Source: Hyaloraphidium curvatum SAG 235-1 (lineage: Eukaryota; Fungi; Monoblepharomycota). From it: a DNA stretch of 64,000 bases. Numbering within the stretch: position 1 is the first letter of the stretch; each line of letters starts with the position of its first letter. Below the pieces are notes generated by a model. The model saw only the letters and a program-made list of their open reading frames with translations. It was not told where the DNA came from and made no database searches. The stretch is taken from assembly GCA_025558095.1 (NCBI GenBank), contig JAIVFI010000003.1, forward strand, positions 124,001 to 188,000. Reading direction: 5' to 3'. The translations under genes and the position numbers were made by a program. Positions 35,464 to 45,544 of the stretch are shown in pieces.

Positions 35464-35855
35464 CGCTGCAGCTTCGGATGGGAGAACGCGTCGGGGACGG
35501 TTGTCCCATTGTTCAGACGGCCCACGAAAGGAAGTGATGCGATGAGATTCGATGGCACTTGCCCTCGGCGTCTCCATCAGAATGGCTTGATGACTCGAGC
35601 ACCATGAATGGGCTGATGAGCCGATCGATTCTCGGCGCCCCAGGAGGGTCGAGCCGGAACAATCCATGATCAGCTTCCCTCGGGACCTTCTTCCCATCCA
35701 TCACCCTAGAATTCGTACGTCATGAGATCAACAGGAAGGCGAACTAGCAGGCTCGAAGATGATGAAGGGGGAAACGTGGGCACATCTCCGATCCGTGCGC
35801 AATCCCTACTAGAGGATCAGCCATCATTCGTCCCCACCCGTGCCCGCCGCTCGCC

Positions 35856-37470
35856 ATGGCCTCCGAAACAACCGACCCATTGTGGCCCGCGGACTTTACA
35901 CCTTCCGTCTGGGCCGCCCTGTTCCCCGCGTACCCGTCCCCCCCGCCGCCGCCCGACATGCCCGCTGAGCTCGCGCGCGTCGCGTCGCCCGCGGTTGCCG
36001 CGCAGGCCCGCGCCGAACGGCCCATGACGCTCGAGCAGCTGCTGGCTGGGATCCCGGACGCGCCGTTGCAGCGGGCCGTGGTGCGGCTGCAGCTCGCGGT
36101 CGTGGGCAGCTCCGGCGGGGACTCGGGGTTCTTCTTCGCCACGGTGGTCTACGTGGCGCTGCACGTGGGGCTCATGCCCGCCCTGGCTTGGGTGGGCAAC
36201 TGGTATTATGGGCTGTTCGGCACGAGGCAGCTGGTGGCAATGACGGTGGGGTACGTCGTGCAGGACGCGCTCTGGGAGGTCGCGCTCCTGCGCGGCCGCG
36301 CCTTTGCGAGGAAGGAGGAAAAGGTCCTCGTGGGCACCCTCCAAGAGCGGTTAGCGCTGGACAACCATCTCCTGGCCGGCGTCGCGAGGTACCGCCTCCT
36401 GCTTGAGGATTCCTCGGACCCCGAAGCCGCCTCGGGCGAACTTGCCCGCTCGCTCTTGCGGCACGAGCCGGGCGACCCGCTGTGTTCCTGTCCGAAAGCC
36501 GGGTGCGCGGGCTGGCATCTGCATGCGGCGCCGGCGCTTAGCCTGGCCACCTTCGTCGGGGTCCAGTGCGGCAAGCTGCTCGCCTACGTGGTCATCTCCT
36601 TCTGGACCGTTCTGGTGACGTTCCAGGGATTCACGTGGAGCTCTCCCTGGGCTGCCGCTCTCGCGGCGTGCTCGGTCGCCTACTGCGCCCTCTACGTGTT
36701 CTCCGTCGGGGTAGCCTTCAACGGCGCCATGTCCAACGTGGCGGTCTTCGGGCTGGAGATGCGGCTCCGGCGCCGCGCGATGAAGCGCTGCCTGGACGGG
36801 CTAATCGCGCGGATGGAAGCCCAGGCGGCGGGTTCCGAACCGCCGGGCAAGCAGGTTGTCGAATCCGAGCCGTACGTCGTGCTCCACGCGGCTCTCGCGG
36901 CGGCGTGGAGCTCGAGGCTCTCGGTATCGGAAAGCAACCGCTTCGTCGTCACCATGGGATTCCTGGGGGACTTTGTCGCCATTGCCATCGTGATGGTCGG
37001 TCGCGTTCCATCTCTGCTTGTCTTCCGCCCCGCCGGCCCAGCCAACTGACCCCTTCACTCCGGCGCCCATCCAGTTTGCTTCTTCCTGCATCACCGCCCC
37101 CTTCCTCGCCTCCTTCCTCCTCAACGCGGCCCTAATCTTCGTTTTCGACCTCGCCAACCTCGCCGCGGCCTACTCCGAGACCTCCCGCATCGCGGCGCTC
37201 TACTCCTCCGCGGCCTACAGCCTGCGCTCCCTCGCCCTGCGCGCCGGCCCGGGGTCGGCGCTGGCGGCCGCGGCCGGGCTGCACGAACGGATCCTGCGCG
37301 GGTTCGCGGACGTCGACGCGTACAGGGCGACGTTCTTCGGGGTGCCGGTGACGCCGGGGCTGGTGCGGACGGCGGCGGTGACGGCGTTCACGATCGGGGT
37401 GGGCATGTGGAGCGTGCTCAGGGGGGCGGGGATCGGGGTCACGATCGAGATGGCGTGCCCGGGTGTGTAG
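35856..37470 (+). CDS. 7TM protein, gustatory-receptor-like/DUF3537-like candidate, paralog B; intron 36996-37074
   Basis: HEPGDPLCSCPKAGC loop, EPYVVLH and C-terminal YRATFFGVPVTPGLVRTAAVTAFTIGVGMWSVLR...EMAC. Intron position and phase match paralog A. Confidence 0.75.
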
Positions 37471-37651
37471 GCTGGGAAAGTGGAATGAGAAATTGAACAC
37501 CGTTTTGCAGTGTAGGAGGGGGGTGGCACTCGACGGGTCACCGATCAACACGGGTCACAACCGAACGATTCACACTTCCCCACGACCGGGGGCCCGCCCT
37601 TCTCTCTTCTTGCTCTCTCGAAGCGCGCCTTCGCTCATTCCAGACGCCAAG

Positions 37652-38719
37652 ATGTCCGCCCAGACCGAGCTCGTCGCGTCTGCAGCCGACGGTTCGCGTC
37701 CGCCACCAACCCGCCCTTTCCCGCGGCCCCTGACCGCCCCTCGCCGCAGTCCTCGGTGGAAACTCCCCGATCTGGACGCTCTCCGTCGCGCGCTCCGCCG
37801 ACGCCCGCGTGCTCGCCTCGGGCCTCCGCGGCACCCCCGCGCTGCTCTCCCCGTCCCTCGCCCCCGAGCCCTCAGCCCCCGCGGCGCACCGCCTCGGCGT
37901 CACTTCCGCGTCGTTCTCCCCCGAGGGCTTCTACCTCGCCACCCTCTCCTTCGACCGCAAATTGAAGTTCTCCTCCGCGGTCCCCGGGCTCCCGCCCGCG
38001 CCGATCGTCGCGCTGGAGGTGCCGCGGGGGGAGCGCGGTCTGGCGTTCGATCCCGGGTTCGGGGGGGATGGAAGGAGACTGGCAAGCGTGGGGATGGAGG
38101 GGGTGAGGGTGTGGAACCTGGACACGGGGGAGGGGGAAGTGGGGAAGTTCGGGGGGGAGGGAGGGGCGGGGATCGGGATGGCGTGCGATTGGGTGGGTCG
38201 ATCAGACACCGGATCATCTGCGGCTACTGGTTGAATGCTCTGCTGATGCGTTCCGACGTGCAGTCGCCGTTCGCATCCACGATCGCCGCCGCCCACGCCA
38301 CCGGCCACGTCACCCTCTTCCCCCTCCCCGCCCTCTCCCCTCCCTCGACCGTCCGCCCGCACCGCGGCCAGATCCGCGCGCTGCAGTTCCTCTCCCCCAC
38401 CCTGCTCGCCTGCGCGGGCGACGACCGCCTCCTAACCCTCGTCGACACGCGCGCCCCCGGCGTCCAGGCGTCGCTCGCGGGCCACGCGGACTGGGTCACC
38501 TCCGTCCGCGGGCGGCCCGGGGATCAGAACTGCGTGGCGACGGGGTCGGCGGACGGGACGGTGAGGGTGTGGGACCTGCATGCGGGGGCGGCGAGGGCGA
38601 CGATCGCGGCGGGGGAGGGGGTGGGAGGGGTGTGGGCGTGCGATTGGGACAGCGAGGGGGGGAGGCTGTTTGTTGGGGGTGAGAAGGGCGGGGTCGAGGT
38701 GTACGCTGTCGAAAAGTGA
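37652..38719 (+). CDS. SKI8: WD40 repeat protein, Ski8/WDR61-like, 2 introns
   Basis: AHRLGVTS..SFDRK, HRGQIRAL..GDD and GHADWV..SADGTVRVWD occur in the order seen in WDR61. Confidence 0.7.
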   Translation: MSAQTELVASAADGSRPPPTRPFPRPLTAPRRSPRWKLPDLDALRRALRRRPRARLGPPRHPRAALPVPRPRALSPRGAPPRRHFRVVLPRGLLPRHPLLRPQIEVLLRGPRAPARADRRAGGAAGGARSGVRSRVRGGWKETGKRGDGGGEGVEPGHGGGGSGEVRGGGRGGDRDGVRLGGSIRHRIICGYWLNALLMRSDVQSPFASTIAAAHATGHVTLFPLPALSPPSTVRPHRGQIRALQFLSPTLLACAGDDRLLTLVDTRAPGVQASLAGHADWVTSVRGRPGDQNCVATGSADGTVRVWDLHAGAARATIAAGEGVGGVWACDWDSEGGRLFVGGEKGGVEVYAVEK

Positions 38720-38807
38720 CGTGATCGGGTGCGCGTGCCCGGAGACGGGAACGTGACAACGGTCCCCGCCAACAACATCAATTTCGTGCGAATCCAGAGC
38801 CCCTCCA

Positions 38808-40103
38808 ATGGCCTCCCGCACCGCCGCCGCCGGCCTCGCGTCGCTCCCGTACGAGCTCCTGCGGCTCGTCGCGCGCGGGCTGTCCCTGCGCGACCTGTTC
38901 CGCCTGCGGGGCCTCTGCCGCTCCGTCGGCCCCGCCTTCTCGCACCTCTTTGTCGAGCGCCTCAAAATGCAAGCCGCCCCCAAGGAGCTCGTCGATCTGC
39001 TGCGGAGCGAGCGCGGGGCACTCCGAGTCGTGTCGGGCGGCACGTCGTGGCACCTGCACTGCGGCCCGCTGCGCCCCGTCTCGGCCGGCCGGCTGCTCCG
39101 CGCCGCGGGGTTCGGACCGCACTCGGAAACGGCGCGCGCCGTGCTCGGCTGGTTCATGGACGAGTCGGTCGCCGCGGCATCGCTCGTCGCCGACGGGATG
39201 GGCATGCAAAGGGGCGACTCGCAGCTGGCGGGCGCGCGTGCGCTGTTCCCCGCGCAGCTTCCCGCCCCGGGCGCCGACCTCGCCGAGATCTCGGACACGG
39301 CCGCCCGTTTGCGCACGCTCATGCGCCGCGCCGGCTTCCCGGAGGCGGACGCGCCGGTCGGACAGCTAGTCGAGGCGGCGCTCGCCAACGCGGACGCGCG
39401 CGTCGGCGCCGGCGCGATCCTCGATGCCCTCGGCGTCAAGGGCCGCGATGCAGCCAAATGGTGCCGCGAGGAGCTGGCCTCGGGCGCGGTCCGGATCTTC
39501 GCCTGGGCCGGGCTGGCCGGCCCCGCGCGCTGCAAGACCGCCGCCGAGGTGCTCATGTGGATGGTCGAGCGCAACGGGGCCTTCCCGCACGAGGTCGGCC
39601 GCTGCGTCGCTCGCTCGAACGAGCTGACGGCGGAGGACAAAGCCCGCGTGCTGGCGGCCGTGCTGGCGGGGTGGAAGCACTACGCCGTCGGGGCCATCCG
39701 GGAGTCCCTCGACCAGGCCGGCACCCGCGACGCCGCGCGCGCCATTTACAACGCCATGCGATCGGAACCCGCCTTGCTCTCCTACGCCATCATCCACGTG
39801 CTCCTCCACCGCCCCGACGGCTCCGTCAACGGCATCGACCTGCGCCGCCCCCTCGGCCCGGTCGGTGAACCGCCCGGCCGTGTGCCCGCCGCCGCTCACG
39901 CCGCCTTTGCCGAGAGCTTCGCGAGCTTCCTCCTGCACGCCAAGAACAAGCCCTGCGGCTTCCGCATCCGGGAGTTCCTGCGGGCGAACGGGCTATGCGG
40001 CGCGCCGGTCTGGATCGCGGCCGCCGCCGCCGCCAGGGTGAAGGCGCGCGGGGAGGGGATCAAGGTGCCGGAGGAGTCGGAGCTGGAGGTGCTGCTGCGC
40101 TGA
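38808..40103 (+). CDS. F-box family X paralog 3 (intact, intronless)
   Basis: LASLPYELLRLV; shared blocks GPLRPxSxGRLLR, REELASG, DLxxPLGP and ANGLxGAPVW. Confidence 0.85.
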   Translation: MASRTAAAGLASLPYELLRLVARGLSLRDLFRLRGLCRSVGPAFSHLFVERLKMQAAPKELVDLLRSERGALRVVSGGTSWHLHCGPLRPVSAGRLLRAAGFGPHSETARAVLGWFMDESVAAASLVADGMGMQRGDSQLAGARALFPAQLPAPGADLAEISDTAARLRTLMRRAGFPEADAPVGQLVEAALANADARVGAGAILDALGVKGRDAAKWCREELASGAVRIFAWAGLAGPARCKTAAEVLMWMVERNGAFPHEVGRCVARSNELTAEDKARVLAAVLAGWKHYAVGAIRESLDQAGTRDAARAIYNAMRSEPALLSYAIIHVLLHRPDGSVNGIDLRRPLGPVGEPPGRVPAAAHAAFAESFASFLLHAKNKPCGFRIREFLRANGLCGAPVWIAAAAAARVKARGEGIKVPEESELEVLLR

Positions 40104-40398
40104 GGAGAGACGTCGCGCGAGACGCTGATCGGCTCGAAAGGCCCGAGGTTCCTGGCTGGCAAGGGAGCCGGTGCGATGCAGGGTCGGGTGAAATACTCTC
40201 GATCTACTTTGTGACGCTCTCAATGTCGGCACGCTGCTAATTTACCTCGTATCGGGAACAAGAACACGGTCCGAGTCCGAAAAGCCACAGTTTTCAGTCA
40301 GTCAGTCAACGAGCTCAGCCACACGTCCCAAAGCCAATTTTGAGCCGACTCCCTGCTGGACCGGGCGCGACGCAGAGGCCGCGTTTCCGGGCTGAACA

Positions 40399-43300
40399 AT
40401 GGGCGGCCCTCCAAAGGGCGGCCGCTGGACCGCGTCCGGGCGGGGACCGGTGTTCTGCGGGCGGCTGGGTATTGTTTCGAGCTTCCTGTTCCTGCTCATA
40501 CCCTTCTGCTGCCGGGGACCTGTGGACGGAGCAGTTGTGCAAATTGCAGCAGGATATACCCATACTTTGGCACTTCTGGACGATGGGACAGTCCGGGTTT
40601 GGGGCGGCAATGGGGACGCTCCCGCCGGCCTTTCCAATGTGCGCAGCGTTGCAACTAAGGGATGGCACAACCTCGCGCTGCTCCAGGATGGCACCGTTCG
40701 AGCTTGGGGCTCCAACACGAATGGACAGACGGACGTTCCCGCGGGGCTGTCGAATGTAAAGCAGGTTGCTACAGGAAGTGACCATTCTTTGGCTTTGTTG
40801 CAAGACGGCACGATCCGCGCTTGGGGATTTGAAGGCTACGGACAAATCAATGTACCGGTGGACCTTGGCAAGGTGGCCAAAGTGGCTGCAGGAAAGCTGC
40901 ACTCAGTTGCTTTACTGGAGGACGGCACGGTTCGTGCATGGGGCATTAGCCCTGGATATGGACAGATCAATGTTCCTCAAGGACTGAACGACGTCAGAGA
41001 CATTGTTTCCGGATGGGACTTCACTGTGGCTATTCTGCGAAACGGTAGCTTGCGGGCTTGGGGCGACGACCGTTTCCGACAGGTTCGTGATCTTCCCAAA
41101 GGTTTCGTTGATCCCATCTCCCTCGATGGCTGCGAAGATATCAATCTGGCCGTTTTACCCAATGGCACTACTGTAGGATGGGGGGATGACAGTGCTGTAC
41201 CAAAGGGTCTTGCCAGGGCGAAACAGGTTGCCACCGGCGTAGGTCACGCTGTTGTGCTGCTGCAGGATGGGACAATACGCGTATGGGGAAGCAACTATAC
41301 TGGACAACTCGCCGTACCGAGCTACCTTGGATCCGTCATCTCGAGCACCACGACGAGTACGATCAAGCCCGGATACGGCACTTCTCAAGCCAACAGCAGC
41401 TCCACCCCGGCCGGTGCAATCATTGGCGGGATACTCGGAGGTGTCTTGGCTCTCATGCTCATCATTGGGGGCACGATCTATTACCGGCGGCGCAAAGGGT
41501 CAGCTGCAGCACCGTCTGAAGACTCGGTGTCCGAGGAGGACGGCATCCACGCCGAAAGGGAAGCAAAGCAGCGAAAGGCGGCCGCGGACGCTGCTGATGA
41601 GGAGCGACGGCAACAAGAGGCCAAAAGCGAACGCCGGAAGCAGGAGGCAGCAGCAGCTGCAGCAGAAGCAGAAAGTCGGCGGAAAGAGGCTGCGCAGGCC
41701 GCGGAGGCGGAACGTCGTCGGCAGGAGGCGCTCCACGCCGCGGAGGCTGAACATCGACGCCGGGAGGCGGCTGCTGCCGCGGAAGCCGAACGTCTGCGAA
41801 AGGAGGCCGCCCAGGCGACAGAAGCAGAACGCCGCAGGCAAGAGGCGGTCAAGGCCGCGGATGCCGAACGCCGACGTCGGGAGGCGGCCGAACTTGCGGC
41901 AGCAGAGGCAGAGCGCAAGCTGCGGGAGGCCGCCAGGATCGCCGAGATCGAGCGTCGCCAGCGTGAGGAAGCCGAAGCCGAGCGTCAACGTCGGGCAGCT
42001 GAACAGGCTGAAGCTGAGCGCCAACGTCATGCGGCTGCCGCGGAATCCGAACGCCGACGCCGGGAGGCGGCCGAACTTGCAGCAGCGGAGGCAGTGCGTA
42101 AGCTGCAGGAGGCCGCCAGGATCGCCGAGATCGAGCGTCGCCAGCGGGAACAAGCCGAAGCCGACCATCAACGTCGTGCAGCTGAGCAGGCTGAAGCGGA
42201 ACGTCAACGGCTCGCGGCCGCGGCGGACGCCGAACGCCGGCGTCGGGAGGCCGCCGAGATCGCGGTTGCAGAGGCGGAACGCAAGTTGCAAGACGCTGCC
42301 AGAAATGCGGACCTCGAACGCCGCCACAGGGAAGAAGAAGATATGCGGCGGCTGGAGGAGGAACAGCGCCGTGCGGACCAGCAGCGCCAGGAAGAGGAAG
42401 CCCGCCGCGCCCAGCAGGCCCTGCGCGAGCGCGAGGCGGCCTTCCTCTCCAAGCTGCGTATCACAAAGGAAGAGCTCAGCTACTCGGAGGACGCGGTCCT
42501 CGGCCAGGGCACTTTTGGGACCGTTTACAAGGGCGTGCTGCGCGGGGCTACACCTGTCGCAGTCAAAACGATCAGGGGCAGTGTGACGCCACGGACGGTC
42601 AAGATGTTCCTGGACGAGATCCGGGTGTGGGACGGGCTGACCCAGCGCAACAGTGGGGCCGCTTGGACGCCATGGCAAATGGTATCGTGCTGACAGCTGC
42701 CGCTTGCAGTCCTCCCCCTACTGGCATTCTGCGAGGACCCACCTCTCATGATTTCGGAGCTCGTCGACGGCAGCATGCGCGACGTGCTCGACAAACGCCG
42801 GTGGGATCAGGTGCTCGGACTAAAGTACCTCCGCGGGGTGGCAGCGGGCATGGCCTACCTCCACTCGTATAGGGTGCTTCACGGGGACCTCAAGTGCGCC
42901 AACATCATGATCGGTGGGCTCGCGTGGCCCGTGGGCCCGGTAGGCATGCACATCTCACCCCGGGCCACGTCAGACCACGACATCCCCAAGATCGCCGACT
43001 TTGGCCTCGCCAAGGTCCGCACGCACCTCTCTCTGGGCACCACCAGCGGCGATGGCGATGCCGGGGGCTCCGCAAGCGGCACCCCGCCCTTCATGGCCCC
43101 GGAGCTGTGGCGCGGAGGCAAGCTCCGCCCGCCTGTGGACGTGTACGCATTCGCCATGGTGTGCTACGAGGTCGTCGACGAAGGTGGGTACCCCTTTCAA
43201 GGGCTGGGTGCACTGCTGGTGGGTGGCTTGCGCCGTCTGGGTCCGGCCGGGTCTTCACTGATCTCGGCAGATCCGGGAGGCTGTCAAGCAAGGAGATCGG

Positions 43301-43420
43301 CCCGAGCGCCCCGATGCCGTCGACGACAGGATGTGGACTCTCATGCAGCGCATGTGGGCGCAAAACCAGGCGGAAAGGCCGACCTTTGTCGAGGTGTGCG
43401 CGGAAATGGAGGGGTGGTAG
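40399..43420 (+). CDS. Receptor-like kinase: signal/anchor + RCC1 repeats + TM + E/R/A-rich helix + TKL-type kinase; introns 42653-42709, 42914-42973, 43219-43270
   Basis: About seven ALLxDGTVRAWG repeats; TM AIIGGILGGVLALMLIIGGTIYY-RRRK; GQGTFG, VAVK, HGDLKCAN, DFG, GTPPFMAPE and DVYAF. Confidence 0.9.
41863..42330 (+). repeat. 183-bp (61-aa) tandem repeat, ~2.5 copies, within the kinase juxtamembrane helix
   Basis: GAGGC(G/C)GCCGA blocks at 41881, 42064 and 42247. Confidence 0.85.
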
Positions 43421-43687
43421 CCATGGGCCGTCCTGGAACCGAGCGCGATTCCTGCCAGGGCCGGAAACCGCGATGCTCCGAAGGGACGCGGCGCGGAGAA
43501 GGGGGGGCGTCGAGAGGTATCTATAGACACCTTGGCCGGCTTCTGCGCCGCGATACAGAATGCAAATTTTCGTTCTCCTCAAGATCCCTCCGCGCTGGGT
43601 CTTGCTGGCCCTCGAACGCGCACGCCCGGATCTACCACGACGGCTGCACCCTGACCCCGGCCCCCTCGACGATCCTGCGGATTTGCC

Positions 43688-43723
43688 GGGGGGGGGGGGG
43701 GGGGGGGGCGGGGGGGGGGGGGG
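43688..43723 (+). repeat. Poly-G tract (G21 C G14)
   Basis: Read directly; lies between convergent gene 3' ends. Confidence 0.9.
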
Positions 43724-43756
43724 TAGGGGAAAAAGGAGGGGAGAAAGCAGGGGAGG

Positions 43757-45376
43757 CTAGTTCTGCGCTTCCCCGTCCTTCCGGGCCTCGTTCTCTTCCC
43801 TCGCGAGCTCCCGGTGCACCATCACCGCACACCCCGCGTACGCGAGGAACGCCGCAGCGTTGAAGACCATCAGCGCCGCCCACCACCCCTCGCTCCCCTG
43901 CCACGGCTCCGTAGGCCTCGTCATCCGCGCCGCGATGCTCATCGGCACGAATCCCAGCAGGCAGTTTGCCGCCTTGTACGTCGCGAAGAGCGTCGACGCC
44001 TTGGGCGCCGGGAAACCCCCTGGGCGGGGGCGGCGCCGGGAGGACAGCAGCATGAGGAGGATGTTGAGGGCATTGTTGAGGGTGGCGTCGAACAGGCCGC
44101 CAAAGACGCCGGCAAAGGCGAGCGCGGCGACGCGGGAGGGGGAACCGCCGGGGCCCAGGAGGCCTGAGGTGAGGGAGCCCACGAGGGCGTATTCGCCGGC
44201 CAGGAAGACGGCGAGGAAGGGGAGAGCGACGGCCCAGCCGATGGGCCAGCCGAGCATGCGCGCCGAGAAGGGCGCCGAGACGGTCGAGGCGGCCGAGTAG
44301 CAGAGGAAGACGATGCTGAGCGTCCGGGGCCCGCCATCGCCGGGGGCCAGCGCGTAAGGGAGCACGCCAAAGTTGAAAACCTGCGTGCAGGATTGGAGGA
44401 TAAAGAGGGGGAGGAGGAGCGCGATCAGGCGGGTGAAGATGAGGCGGCGGAGGGCGGCCATGTCCCGCTGGAGGTCCGCAATGGCCTGTGCCGCGCGGCC
44501 GGGCTGCTTGCCGTCTGTCGCGGCAGCTGAGAGCCGCGCGTCCTCCCGGTACGCCGGATCCGCGAGGAAGAGAAGGACGAGCGCGACGACGCTGATCCCG
44601 ACAAAGGTCCACACCATGACGTCGGTCGACGAGCCGCTGCCGAGGATGGCTAGCCCGATCGAGTTGCCCAGGATTCCCGAGACGTTGAACAGCGCCCAAA
44701 AGGTGCCGTTGGCCGTCGACACGGCCTTTTGGATGGCCTGGTCGGCGCTGTCCGCCTCACCGTCCTGTACGCCGGCGTTCTTCCTCGCGACCGAGCCCAA
44801 GAACACGCCCTGGTTCACCCATAGGAGCGCTGCGCCGATGCCCATGGTCGCGCTCGAGGCCAGCAGGAACGCCGAGTTCTTGACGCCGACGCTAACCATG
44901 AACAGCACATACAAGGACGCCCCCACGACCATGGCCAGCCTCGAGTCGCCGCCCAGAGGCGGTAGCGAGCTCAGCGTCGGCGCAAGCAATGACGCGACAC
45001 CGAAGAACCCGTAAATCAAGGCCAGTGAGAAGAAGCCGTCATCGGGGAACAGCGTCGTGAGGAAGGCCTGCACGATCCCATATGCCAGGAAAAGCAGGCA
45101 GAACGCCGCACCGAGGTGGGCAGAGTCAAAAATCAACGGCCGCACGCCGCATTTTGTCCGCAAGCAGGTTCGCCGTTTCTCCGGTGGCGGTGGGGCGGGC
45201 AGCTCGGTGGCGAAGCTCTCGGATTTCCTCCGGCCGTCATTTGCGTCGTCCACGCCGACCAGCGCACGGCTGTCTTCCGAGTCCCGCCGCGATCCCGGCC
45301 GGCTCGAACGGGGCGAGACGGCGCCGAGGGCCTCGGTGAGCGAGGGAATGAGGATTGAGGATGGTCGCCGCTCCAT
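43757..45376 (-). CDS. UNC-93-like MFS membrane protein
   Basis: SLALIYG, GIGAALLWVNQG and GTFWALF..GILGN. Confidence 0.85.
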   Translation of the reverse strand: MERRPSSILIPSLTEALGAVSPRSSRPGSRRDSEDSRALVGVDDANDGRRKSESFATELPAPPPPEKRRTCLRTKCGVRPLIFDSAHLGAAFCLLFLAYGIVQAFLTTLFPDDGFFSLALIYGFFGVASLLAPTLSSLPPLGGDSRLAMVVGASLYVLFMVSVGVKNSAFLLASSATMGIGAALLWVNQGVFLGSVARKNAGVQDGEADSADQAIQKAVSTANGTFWALFNVSGILGNSIGLAILGSGSSTDVMVWTFVGISVVALVLLFLADPAYREDARLSAAATDGKQPGRAAQAIADLQRDMAALRRLIFTRLIALLLPLFILQSCTQVFNFGVLPYALAPGDGGPRTLSIVFLCYSAASTVSAPFSARMLGWPIGWAVALPFLAVFLAGEYALVGSLTSGLLGPGGSPSRVAALAFAGVFGGLFDATLNNALNILLMLLSSRRRPRPGGFPAPKASTLFATYKAANCLLGFVPMSIAARMTRPTEPWQGSEGWWAALMVFNAAAFLAYAGCAVMVHRELAREENEARKDGEAQN

Positions 45377-45544
45377 GGCGGAAACCGGCTCCTCCCCGGC
45401 GGACCGCCCGGCCGACGAATCGGAGAGGTTCGAAACGAGATAAAAGCAGCCCTAGAGCATCAAGCAGGCCCTGCGCCGTACACAGGAGTGGTCCACGAAG
45501 CGTCCCAGAAAGTCCCTTTCAAATTCCCAGCTCCGCTTCCGCTG

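Noticed and set aside
43688-43723. Poly-G tract as a functional G-quadruplex
   Set aside because: Homopolymer length is unreliable and there is no other support.
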